Positions 7,541 to 16,796 of a stretch of 64,000 nt of DNA are shown here, piece by piece. The notes under the pieces were generated by a model that made no database searches, was not told the origin of the DNA, and saw only the letters and a program-made list of their open reading frames with translations. The DNA is from an uncultured Cytophagales bacterium (GTDB lineage: Bacteria; Bacteroidota; Bacteroidia; Cytophagales; Amoebophilaceae). Every line of letters starts with the position of its first letter. Position 1 is the first letter of the stretch. The DNA is taken from positions 451 through 64,450 of the forward strand of contig CAMJVU010000002.1 of the NCBI GenBank assembly GCA_946409305.1. The letters run 5' to 3'. A program made the translations under genes and the position numbers.

Positions 7541-9400
7541 TTACGTGTACAAATTCCTGTAATCAACGACATTAAATCTCTTTAAAATCAAATTATCCAT
7601 CATGGTATCAACTTCTTCCCTTCTACCTTTCAACATTTTATCACATAGATTCGTATATTTTTCGTTATAATCCTTGCTACTGCTATCATTGCATTTTATA
7701 TTAACAGAATTTTTAAGAACAACGAACAAACCATTCTCGTCTTCTATACATATATTATCCGAAAATGGGAAAAACATAGTATTAAAAAAATTAATCACAT
7801 GCCCACATCCATCTATTCTTTCATCTTTAAAAGACAAATTATTCTCTTTTACCAACTTAACCTTATCCTTGTATATATCCTTCACTTTATTAAACATTAA
7901 ATCAACAGAAATATTATCATCAACTAACGTCATAATCTCTTTTTCAATAGCTTTAAATTTTCTATGTTTTATAACCTTTTCTCTTACCTCATCTTTTATC
8001 TTATCCATTTTTTTCACTCCTTTAAGAGTATGTTCCAATATGTAACACACTAATATTCCACTTTCCTCAGTAAAAAACAAAGCATCATTGTTTTTTTTGT
8101 GGGTAGTAAATATCTCCCTCACAATAGATCTAGCATCATTTATTTTATCATCTATATAACCACTATCAATTTTTAGTGTTTTACTTTTTACATCAATTTT
8201 TTTTTCATCCACATACTTGTTCAATAACTCGACGTTAGTAATTTTTTTAAACTCTTTTTTCACGTTACTAAAAGTTTCCTTCTTCGTCTTATCACCTATT
8301 CGCACTTCCTTCTTTAATACAGCAACTTCAAACTGTTCCTCCCCATCTTTTTTCTGAATATCAAGAACACGATAAACCCTATTAAAATCATCCATCGTCT
8401 TTGACACCTCATAATATGAATCACCGACGGATAAAGTTTTATCCTTCAAAACATCTGGTAAAAGACTCCTGTCCACAGTAAAAACATAATCCTTATACAA
8501 TGAAGTATCCTCTTCTTTTACATTATCCGATTTATACTTTGCAAACTCCATTGGACTTTTACTTTTAACGAAAGACTTTCTTATTGTTTCTAACTCCTTA
8601 CTATTTAGTGAAACGTCCAAGTCAGACAATTTAAACGGAACAATAAAATACTTGATTTCATATTCTTCATCCGTGAGGTAATCATGTTTGTTTTTATCAA
8701 CATAATCCTTTAAATCTCTATCCACTATCTTGTATTTACTACCATCTACGGAATCATAAGGGATATATATAACGTTCAAATCGATTGAAGATTCTTTTTC
8801 TCTCCATTCCCTTTGACATTCAAGTTTGTTGACAAATGACAAATTTTTTGCCAACATATTCATTTTTTTTTTACACCTAGAATCTTTCAATTTTAACTCA
8901 TAATCATTCCACCGTTCAGACATATTATCAGACTTAGATGCTTTTTTAAGATATTCTACAAGTTGTCCCTTATCAAAAGTCCCATTTTTATCTTCAACAA
9001 AAGTACTCCTTATTTCATCATCTATATGATCCCCCTGTACCATGTCAATAGTTTCATTAACTCCAACCTTTATCTGCATATTTTTTGCCATTTTAACATA
9101 TGCCTTTTCATTTATCATGCTCGTTAACACAGAATTTCCGAAATATTTCCTGAAAAAAGAATCATTTGTTTGTATTTTGTAGCGGTTATGTGCGTTAGCC
9201 ATCGTAATATCAAGTCTCCGTTGAAAATCATCAAACATTATTTTGTCACCATTAACAACAGCTATACATTTACCGTCATTGCCCTGACCACGTCTCATAA
9301 AAGCATATGCAAATTCCTGAATTATAAACGCGATACAACAAACAATTACAACAACAACCAACACCACACTATGTTGCCTTACCTTACCCAAAAGAGACAT
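7541..9400 (-). CDS. PpiD-like periplasmic chaperone / SurA-N-domain protein, membrane anchored
   Basis: 619 aa. It has the single N-terminal TM typical of PpiD (MSLLGKVRQHSVVLVVVVIVCCIAFIIQEF) and a long Lys-rich soluble part. The assignment rests on architecture only. Confidence 0.5.
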   Translation of the reverse strand: MSLLGKVRQHSVVLVVVVIVCCIAFIIQEFAYAFMRRGQGNDGKCIAVVNGDKIMFDDFQRRLDITMANAHNRYKIQTNDSFFRKYFGNSVLTSMINEKAYVKMAKNMQIKVGVNETIDMVQGDHIDDEIRSTFVEDKNGTFDKGQLVEYLKKASKSDNMSERWNDYELKLKDSRCKKKMNMLAKNLSFVNKLECQREWREKESSIDLNVIYIPYDSVDGSKYKIVDRDLKDYVDKNKHDYLTDEEYEIKYFIVPFKLSDLDVSLNSKELETIRKSFVKSKSPMEFAKYKSDNVKEEDTSLYKDYVFTVDRSLLPDVLKDKTLSVGDSYYEVSKTMDDFNRVYRVLDIQKKDGEEQFEVAVLKKEVRIGDKTKKETFSNVKKEFKKITNVELLNKYVDEKKIDVKSKTLKIDSGYIDDKINDARSIVREIFTTHKKNNDALFFTEESGILVCYILEHTLKGVKKMDKIKDEVREKVIKHRKFKAIEKEIMTLVDDNISVDLMFNKVKDIYKDKVKLVKENNLSFKDERIDGCGHVINFFNTMFFPFSDNICIEDENGLFVVLKNSVNIKCNDSSSKDYNEKYTNLCDKMLKGRREEVDTMMDNLILKRFNVVDYRNLYT

Positions 9401-9429
9401 ACTAGAACCTAAGAATTAAACTCCAAATA

Positions 9430-10011
9430 TCATTTATCATTTAGTTTCTTATCAAAAAAGACAAAAAATATAGCACCAAATATTATGCACAAGTCTGCTA
9501 CATTAAATATTGGAAGATGATGCACCCCTCCAAAAATTGGGAACCACTCCGGCAATATATTAATTGGTTCTGTACTAAAGCATAACATGTCTATCACCTG
9601 TCCATTAAACAACTTCATAGGAGCATAACTAGGAGCATTCCCTAACAATACACCGTAGAATATTATATCTATGCAATTACCAATTGCTCCACCCAATATC
9701 AATCCCGCTCCATACATTCTCAACCTCCTGTACAAGTATTGAGTAGAGTCGTAAAAAACTTTTTTAACCACATAATAAATCAGCGCAAAACGCAACAACA
9801 AAAGTATTAATTTCCAATGTTCCCATTCAAACACATGTCCCATGCAAATTCCTGGATTAGTTACGTAATAAAAGTGTACAAGACCCATATCCCTTAACTC
9901 CCCCAGCTTCATGTTAAAATGAACCCACAATTTGACGTACTGATCCAATATTACCGAACAGAAACACAGACAAATAACTAAAAATTTATCACGTCTTGAC
10001 ATCTCGCCCAT
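9430..10011 (-). CDS. lspA: Lipoprotein signal peptidase (SPase II)
   Basis: Four TM segments, with GGAIGNCIDIIFYG and FNVADLCIIFGAIFFVF matching the conserved LspA Asp-containing motifs. Confidence 0.85.
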   Translation of the reverse strand: MGEMSRRDKFLVICLCFCSVILDQYVKLWVHFNMKLGELRDMGLVHFYYVTNPGICMGHVFEWEHWKLILLLLRFALIYYVVKKVFYDSTQYLYRRLRMYGAGLILGGAIGNCIDIIFYGVLLGNAPSYAPMKLFNGQVIDMLCFSTEPINILPEWFPIFGGVHHLPIFNVADLCIIFGAIFFVFFDKKLNDK

Positions 10012-10076
10012 ATTGTCTTTATAATGTCCATGTTTTATTGTAACATCAAAATAGAATCAATAACTAAATATCTAGT

Positions 10077-11117
10077 ATGTTCGATTTTCATAAAATATTA
10101 GGTTATTTTTACAACGACTTGGCAATAGACTTAGGAACAGCGAATATTGTTATTATTCGAGACGATAAGATTATCGTTGAGGAACCATCAATAATCTCTT
10201 TTGATGATAATGGCAGAATTTTGGCAGTTGGTAATGAAGCATTGTTAATGAATGGGAAAACGCACAAAAACATAAATGTAGTAAAACCACTAAAAGATGG
10301 AGTTATTGCCGATTTTAAAGCAGCAGGACAAATGATAGACGCTTTTATAAAAGGCGCACGAAATGATCATTTTTTACCTTTCAAATCATTCTTAAATAAC
10401 GTTGTTATCGGCGTTCCATCAGGCATAACTGACGTAGAACGTAGAGCTGTTAAAGATTTTGCAGATAGTCTTGGTGCAAGTAATACGTACACGATCTATG
10501 AACCAGTAGCTTCAATTATTGGGGCGGGTATAGATGTTTTCGACTGTAATGCATCGATGATAGTGGATATTGGTGGTGGAACAACAGAAATTGCGATTAT
10601 TATTTTGGGTGGAATGGTCTGTTATAAATCAATAAAAGTTGCAGGAAACCAATTTACCCATGATATCATTAATTACTTACAACGTAATTACGGCGTATTA
10701 GTTGGTGAAAATACCGCTGAAAACATAAAAAAAAACACTAATGTAGTAGATTGTGACCAATTAGAAGAAATGGAAGGTATTTCAATATGCGGTAGAGATA
10801 CGCTATCTGGAATTCCAAAAGAAGTATGTATTAGTTACGACGATGTAGCTTCTGCCCTTAATGATTCTATTTGTTTGGTAGAGACGGCCATTTTAGATAC
10901 ATTAAAAGTCGCCCCTCCAGAAATTTCTTCTGACTTAAATAAGAATGGAATTATTTTATCCGGGGGAGGATCCTTGCTAAGAAATTTAGATAAAAGAATA
11001 GAAGAAAAGACAAAATTGAAAGTGCGCATATCGGATGATCCATTAAGGGGCGTAGCAAGAGGAATAGGGAAAGTCATCAAAAACATGAATCTTTACAAAG
11101 GTATATTGATGAGATAA
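10077..11117 (+). CDS. mreB: Rod-shape-determining actin homologue MreB
   Basis: DLAIDLGTANIVI, VIGVPSGITDVERRAV, IVDIGGGTTEIAII and GIILSGGGSLLRNLDKRI. Confidence 0.95.
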   Translation: MFDFHKILGYFYNDLAIDLGTANIVIIRDDKIIVEEPSIISFDDNGRILAVGNEALLMNGKTHKNINVVKPLKDGVIADFKAAGQMIDAFIKGARNDHFLPFKSFLNNVVIGVPSGITDVERRAVKDFADSLGASNTYTIYEPVASIIGAGIDVFDCNASMIVDIGGGTTEIAIIILGGMVCYKSIKVAGNQFTHDIINYLQRNYGVLVGENTAENIKKNTNVVDCDQLEEMEGISICGRDTLSGIPKEVCISYDDVASALNDSICLVETAILDTLKVAPPEISSDLNKNGIILSGGGSLLRNLDKRIEEKTKLKVRISDDPLRGVARGIGKVIKNMNLYKGILMR

Positions 11118-11882
11118 ATGACTGATCGTGTTAGAATATTCGTAGTCTTTTTCTGTATTGAATTGTTCTGTATGATTGCTTTAAAGATGAATGTTGGGAT
11201 ATTCCCTAAGAGTGTAATTGACGTTATTTTATCTGCAGAGGAAACAATCGAAAACATAAAAAATATAAAGAAAATCATAAACAGGAACAAAGTATTAGGT
11301 TGGGAAATTGAGAAAATGTACGAGAATATGATTAATGTTAATCTCAAAAAAGAAGATCATTTATTACATAAATTCGGGACTATTCAATCAAACATTGTTG
11401 ACATAAATATTGTTCCAAGTGGGTACTATTTATTGATAGACAAAGGAGAAAGACATGGCATAAAAAAAAAAATGATGGTTACAACATTTGACAATGAACT
11501 TGTGGGGATAATTCATGAAGTATCTCAAAATTTTAGTATTATAAGGTCGATTCTCAATGTAAATCAATATGTTTCTGTAAGAACTCAATCTGGAGATCTT
11601 GGAATAATTAAATACAGCGAAGGAAAGTGTCTTAATTTAGAAGACATTCAAAAACATTGCAGTGTTAACGTAGGAGAAGTCTGTGTAACATCCGGATACA
11701 GTTCTTTTTTTATGACAGGAGTAAAAGTAGGAGTAATAAATAAAATATCAGAGGATAAAAGTGGACAATTTTACATAATAAAAGTGATACCAAGTGCAGA
11801 TATTTTTAGAATTAATTCCGTATATATCATTGAGGATAACCAATATTTGGAAAAACAATGTATAAAAACCAAAATAAAATAA
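11118..11882 (+). CDS. mreC: Rod-shape-determining protein MreC
   Basis: It follows mreB immediately. It has an N-terminal anchor plus beta-rich wording (GIKKKMMVTTFDNELVGIIHEV, VCVTSGYSSFF). It contains an in-frame A11 run at 11462-11472. Confidence 0.7.
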   Translation: MTDRVRIFVVFFCIELFCMIALKMNVGIFPKSVIDVILSAEETIENIKNIKKIINRNKVLGWEIEKMYENMINVNLKKEDHLLHKFGTIQSNIVDINIVPSGYYLLIDKGERHGIKKKMMVTTFDNELVGIIHEVSQNFSIIRSILNVNQYVSVRTQSGDLGIIKYSEGKCLNLEDIQKHCSVNVGEVCVTSGYSSFFMTGVKVGVINKISEDKSGQFYIIKVIPSADIFRINSVYIIEDNQYLEKQCIKTKIK

Positions 11883-12964
11883 GTGTTTTTTGTAAACGAA
11901 TACGATATTCTAGTGTAGATATTGCGTTTAAACGTCTCTTAATAACGATATTCGCTTTGACGTATTATATTGTACTTCCTAATAACTTCATCGATAGTTC
12001 GAAATGCAAAATATGCGGAGTTTATGTTAGTGCACCTAATAAAATAGAACGCATATTAAAATCCATTGTTAAAGGCGTCAACGCTGTTGTTATAGATATA
12101 AAAGATGATTTTGGAAATATTACGTACAACTTAGAGAGCGATAAGTATAAACCATATTATAAAACAGCCCCTAAAATAAAGAATATAATATCAGAATTGA
12201 AAGCGAGAGGAATATATACTATTGCCAGAATAGTGGCATTCAAGGATAAAAAGAAAACCTCATCTGACCATAAAATGGCAATAATGAACAATAACGGAAC
12301 CCTATATGTAGACAAGGAAAAAATGACCTGGCTGAATCCATATAAAAGCGAGGTACAAGATTACTTAATAGATATTGCCAAACTTGCTGCCGATGCAGGA
12401 TTTGATGAAGTTCAATTCGACTATATCAGGTTTTCTCACTATAATTCCATGTTGCAACATACCAATGTGTGGAAAGAAATAAAAAGAAAAAGTAAAATAA
12501 AGGTAATAAATGAATTTTTATCCAAAACAGTAAAAGTATTACATAAAAAAGGTGTTAAGATGTCTGTCGACGTATTTGGATGTATTATTCCGGAATCTGT
12601 TGGAACTTATAAATCAGATTCAGGAAATTTAGGACAAGACTACGTAGAAATTGCAAATATCGTTGATTATATATGTCCAATGATATATCCATCACATTGG
12701 CCTGCAAATTCTTGTGGGGTGCCTAAGCCCGATTTAGATCCATATAAAATTACCAATATAGTGATGAAACTTTCCCACAAAGCTCTTGGTAATAATCAAA
12801 AAAAAGTTAGACCTTGGTTACAGGCATTTACAGCAAGATGGTTAAAGAAAGGAATGTGGAAAAAATATAGAATAAAAGAAATTCAAGAACAAATAAATGC
12901 ATCCACTAAAAACGATGTTAGTGGAATATGTTTATGGAACCCTCAAGGTAATTATGTATTTTAA
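11858..12964 (+). CDS. Putative TIM-barrel glycoside-hydrolase-like protein (GHL / DUF4015-like), membrane anchored
   Basis: VNAVVIDIKDDFGNITY, ARIVAFKD, DEVQFDYIRF and ICPMIYPSHW resemble the GHL/DUF4015 family as I remember it. It occupies the slot where mreD/mrdA/rodA usually follow mreC. Confidence 0.45.
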   Translation: MYKNQNKISVFCKRIRYSSVDIAFKRLLITIFALTYYIVLPNNFIDSSKCKICGVYVSAPNKIERILKSIVKGVNAVVIDIKDDFGNITYNLESDKYKPYYKTAPKIKNIISELKARGIYTIARIVAFKDKKKTSSDHKMAIMNNNGTLYVDKEKMTWLNPYKSEVQDYLIDIAKLAADAGFDEVQFDYIRFSHYNSMLQHTNVWKEIKRKSKIKVINEFLSKTVKVLHKKGVKMSVDVFGCIIPESVGTYKSDSGNLGQDYVEIANIVDYICPMIYPSHWPANSCGVPKPDLDPYKITNIVMKLSHKALGNNQKKVRPWLQAFTARWLKKGMWKKYRIKEIQEQINASTKNDVSGICLWNPQGNYVF

Positions 12965-12966
12965 AA

Positions 12967-13296
12967 ATGGAAAACAAATCGCAAAAAAACTTATTTTACT
13001 ACATTGAAAATTTTCTAGGAATCAATAAGGTTCATGAAATTCCTGTAAAATATTACAAAATTATAGCTTTTTGTTTATCGCTCGGAATTATATATATATC
13101 AGTTGTACATTCATACGAACACCTGAGTAGAAATTTAGCTTTGTTGAAGAAAACATTGGAAATAAAAAAATCTGAGTATACATTATTACAGTCAAAAATA
13201 TTGAAATATGAAGGACAAACGTATGTAACCGATATAGCAAAAAAAAAAGGATTGATTGAACCAGATAAACCACCTTTAAGGATCATAATCAACTAA
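12967..13296 (+). CDS. ftsL: FtsL-like cell-division protein (Bacteroidota type)
   Basis: 109 aa with a single TM (IIAFCLSLGIIYISVV), a coiled coil (LALLKKTLEIKKSEYTLLQSKI) and a C-terminal DIAKKKGLIEPDKPP. Confidence 0.55.
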   Translation: MENKSQKNLFYYIENFLGINKVHEIPVKYYKIIAFCLSLGIIYISVVHSYEHLSRNLALLKKTLEIKKSEYTLLQSKILKYEGQTYVTDIAKKKGLIEPDKPPLRIIIN

Positions 13297-13307
13297 ATAC
13301 TTCATCC

Positions 13308-14270
13308 TCAACACTGGTTTTTTTCAATACGTTGTAAAGTTTTTATTATCTCATCCAGCGACGGCCTGTTTTTGTCGTATTTTGCCAACATAGATGTTAA
13401 TAAATTCTTTAATTCACTTGTTGACATTCCTCTAATATTTTTATCGTATTCAGCATTAAAGACTCCCCTTACTTTTAAAATTTTTCCCAAATATCTCTTT
13501 TTGTTTCCCAAAGACGCCACCAGGTTCGTTAAGTTATTTAAACTATATCTCCCAAAACCCTCCATTTCATCAATAAACACCATTTTGTACAATACTAACC
13601 CCAAACACCAAATATCATACTTGAATGGATCATAACCAGTACCTTTTACTAAACCATTAGCTACATCGAACGAATAATTTCTAAATGTTCCACGTTGCGC
13701 ACTCGACTTACCATCATTACATAAAAGCATTGATCCAAAATCGATTATTTTTACATTATTATTTTTATCAAACATTATATTGCTTGGTTTTAAATCCAAA
13801 TGAGCTATACGCTTCTTATGCAAATCACTAATAATCTTAACGATTTGTAAAAAATGATTAGATAACCTACGTGGATTATTTGAATAAAATCCCCTATTGA
13901 TCCTATCTTTTAACGTACACACACACCTTTCCATGATTTCATATCTTTTGCCATCATAGTCTACAACATTTTGTATTTTTGCAACGCCAGGCACCTGCTT
14001 TAATGTATTTATACTATCGTAGAACGTATCGTTATCTTCTTCTCCTACTTTCAAAACAAAATTATCATTCAATGTGTACACAGAGCCATTAAAACCACTA
14101 CCGATACGCTTTATTTCGTCCGGGTTACAGTTTATTCCAACATTACATTGATCTAACATCTTTACGATTTCCCGTTTTCTGAATACATCAAGAAAATTAC
14201 ACAAACTTACCTGAACAAGACTTACCTGGATAAGTATGAATTCGAACAAAACAGAGACGTAACCCCTCAT
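13308..14270 (-). CDS. Eukaryotic-like (Hanks-type) Ser/Thr protein kinase with N-terminal hydrophobic segment
   Basis: G-loop IGSGFNGSVY, catalytic loop IAHLDLKPSNIMF, KIIDFGS (DFG) and subdomain IX DIWCLGLVLY. Confidence 0.85.
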   Translation of the reverse strand: MRGYVSVLFEFILIQVSLVQVSLCNFLDVFRKREIVKMLDQCNVGINCNPDEIKRIGSGFNGSVYTLNDNFVLKVGEEDNDTFYDSINTLKQVPGVAKIQNVVDYDGKRYEIMERCVCTLKDRINRGFYSNNPRRLSNHFLQIVKIISDLHKKRIAHLDLKPSNIMFDKNNNVKIIDFGSMLLCNDGKSSAQRGTFRNYSFDVANGLVKGTGYDPFKYDIWCLGLVLYKMVFIDEMEGFGRYSLNNLTNLVASLGNKKRYLGKILKVRGVFNAEYDKNIRGMSTSELKNLLTSMLAKYDKNRPSLDEIIKTLQRIEKNQC

Positions 14271-14274
14271 GCTA

Positions 14275-15480
14275 TTATTTTACCAAACGTTGTACAATGA
14301 ACGTACTCATGTAATCACCTGAAGAATTAACTATTGTAGCAGGCATATCTATAATAATTCCGATGCCCACAGCAACAGTGTATGCCATTGCAAAATGTTC
14401 AGGAGAATCATTAAATAACAAACTACACATCACCAACTCCCCGACACCAGATCCTGGGACAGGAGCCATACCAATGGATCCCAACACAGAAACCATAATT
14501 ATAAGAAAATATCCACTTAAATCACAACTCTGCCCAAATATCCCCATAACGAATAAAGCTTTAACGACCAATCCAATTGAAGATCCATCCATATGGCACA
14601 CAGCACCAAATGGAATCACTACGCTAGAAACATCGTCATCTATATTACTCTTTTTCGCTATCTCATAATTCACTGGGATATTAGCACTCGAAGAACACGT
14701 AGCCCCCGCATTCATGAAAGATGCCCAATAGTAGCTTAAAAATGTTTTTAAACAATTTATTCCACAAAAAGAAAAAACATACGTTGGAAAAAAAACAAAT
14801 ATGTACGCTGCAACAATACAACAATAGACAACAAAAACATTAATATATTGCACAGCAAAAGTAGACCCAAGTGACGATGACATACCTGCAAATAACCCCA
14901 CAAAACCTACAGGAGCACAATATGAAACTATTTTAGTAACTTCCAACATAGATTCTTGCAATTCCATCAACAATTGTCTTATTGAAGAATTTTTACACGT
15001 TCTCCTTATACCCATTCCTAACAAAATAGAAAATATAACTAATTGAAAAATCGACTGCTTTGAAAACAACAAGTAAAAATCCGGTTTAGTAAATACTTCA
15101 GATATAACATCCCACACCTTTACATTTTCATACTTTATTAAATCAATCCCCATTTGAGCCCCATCCACAGACCAAAAACTACTCGTAAAATGCATAACAA
15201 TAGCCGCAAACACTGCAGATATAACTGATGTAATAAAAAACACTACAATCGTTACGACAAATATCCTGCCATTTTCTTTCACATTGGCAGCATTGACGAT
15301 CGATGACAATAATGAAATAAATATAAACGGAACAGCACAACAAAACATCAAATTAAGGTAAATATCCCCCAAGAATTTTAAATTAACCCCAATTTCTGTA
15401 TAGACACCTATTACTATCCCGCAAATTATAGAAACAATAGAAAATAAACCAACTGTCCCCTTCATTAGAATACTATTCAC
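14275..15480 (-). CDS. Dicarboxylate/amino acid:cation symporter (DAACS family)
   Basis: About 10 TM segments, with family wording PFGAVCHMDGSSIG and APVPGSGVGELV. The track start is GTG 15480. ATG 15465 (MKGTVGLF) is an alternative. Confidence 0.8.
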   Translation of the reverse strand: MNSILMKGTVGLFSIVSIICGIVIGVYTEIGVNLKFLGDIYLNLMFCCAVPFIFISLLSSIVNAANVKENGRIFVVTIVVFFITSVISAVFAAIVMHFTSSFWSVDGAQMGIDLIKYENVKVWDVISEVFTKPDFYLLFSKQSIFQLVIFSILLGMGIRRTCKNSSIRQLLMELQESMLEVTKIVSYCAPVGFVGLFAGMSSSLGSTFAVQYINVFVVYCCIVAAYIFVFFPTYVFSFCGINCLKTFLSYYWASFMNAGATCSSSANIPVNYEIAKKSNIDDDVSSVVIPFGAVCHMDGSSIGLVVKALFVMGIFGQSCDLSGYFLIIMVSVLGSIGMAPVPGSGVGELVMCSLLFNDSPEHFAMAYTVAVGIGIIIDMPATIVNSSGDYMSTFIVQRLVK

Positions 15481-15665
15481 TCAGAAAGAGGACCGCACAA
15501 TTCATTCAAACATGAATCAACCTCCCTAGAATAGTCAGAAAGGTTATCATCTCCTGAATCCTCTCCACCCCTAATTTTGAGACTCACCTCACCTCTATCA
15601 GCAGCAGCAAAAAAAACCAAAACAAATGTTCCTAATATGAAACATTTTATACCCAACCTATTCAT
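15477..15665 (-). CDS. Small secreted protein (62 aa) just upstream of the transporter
   Basis: The internal ATG at 15665 gives MNRLGIKCFILGTFVLVFFAAADRGEVSLKIRGGEDSGDDNLSDY... The upstream context ATTGAGGTTGTGATT-ATG resembles the family leader. Its TGA lies 12 nt before the transporter ATG. Confidence 0.5.
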   Translation of the reverse strand: MNRLGIKCFILGTFVLVFFAAADRGEVSLKIRGGEDSGDDNLSDYSREVDSCLNELCGPLSE

Positions 15666-16100
15666 AATCACAACCTCAATACTACTCTCAATATACAAAA
15701 ACAATCAAAAAATACCAAAATTATCCACAATCTATCCCGAATAAGAAAAGTATTCCCGTTTTGACCTTCATAATACACTTTTTGAAGATCCATAAAATGC
15801 TACTCCACTTTTTAATCTTTATAAAACAGAATCAACTATGTTGGATATTCCACTATCCCTCCTCACAAATAGACCAGGTTAGATTACTACCACTAGATAA
15901 TGCATTATTATCCTTTCCAGAATCTCTACCTCCCAACTTCTCGTCTCCTACACCGAGAAACAACCACGACCGCAAAAACAATCACAAGAAATACCACAAA
16001 CTAAATAAACAGCTGACAGCAATAAACTTTCTAATAAATAAATAAAATAAAAATTTCTAATCAATTGATTAATTCTGACCAATTGATTAATGTAGAGATC

Positions 16101-16796
16101 TTATTCTGCTATCGCTATCACAGCAACACTAACTTCGCAATTTAAATTTACTTTTAATGCTTTTATACAACTAGTCATGGTAGATCCAGTAGTAACAACA
16201 TCATCAACGATTAATACATGTTTACCTTTTACTTCATCCATATCAACGACGGTAAATACATTATCCATACCCAGTAATCTATCAGATCCACTTTTTGTAG
16301 TTTGCGAAATTGTGTTTACCGTTCTAAAAATACAGTTATTGTTAACAGGTATGTTTATAATTTGAGACAATCCTTTCGCGAACATCTCACTTTGATTATA
16401 TCCTCTCTGTTCAATTCTTTTTTTATGTAATGGAACTGGAATAATTACGTCAAAATGAATATTACAATGATGTTTCTTTAGTATACTTCCGTATAATATC
16501 CCAAGTTGCACACCAATCTCTGGATGGTTTTTATACTTCATGTAATGTATCAGTTTTTTTACTATATCGTTTTGATGAAATTTAAACAGAGCGTATGCAT
16601 ATTTTATATCGACATTAGTATTCATTAACATCCACAACCTATTCGTATTTGGATAAAGATGATAATCTGTTATTTGTATTTTGGAAAGACACCCGTCACA
16701 TATCACACTATGTCTTCCCTCTATACATTCACCACATGACACACAACGTACAGGAAATAATAAATTAAGGAAATCTATTAATACTTGTTTTAACAC
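16101..16796 (-). CDS. ComF-family phosphoribosyltransferase-domain protein
   Basis: N-terminal double CxxC (CVSCGECI...CDGCLS) and the PRTase motif VLIVDDVVTTGSTM. Confidence 0.8.
   Translation of the reverse strand: MLKQVLIDFLNLLFPVRCVSCGECIEGRHSVICDGCLSKIQITDYHLYPNTNRLWMLMNTNVDIKYAYALFKFHQNDIVKKLIHYMKYKNHPEIGVQLGILYGSILKKHHCNIHFDVIIPVPLHKKRIEQRGYNQSEMFAKGLSQIINIPVNNNCIFRTVNTISQTTKSGSDRLLGMDNVFTVVDMDEVKGKHVLIVDDVVTTGSTMTSCIKALKVNLNCEVSVAVIAIAE

Noticed and set aside
15761-16045. 94-aa + strand ORF in the gap between the small secreted gene and comF
   Set aside because: Its composition is Pro/His/Asn/Lys-rich and low in complexity. It has an alternative start codon, no motif, and lies in a C/A-rich stretch that mirrors the G/T-rich leaders on the other strand. 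There is no support for coding.
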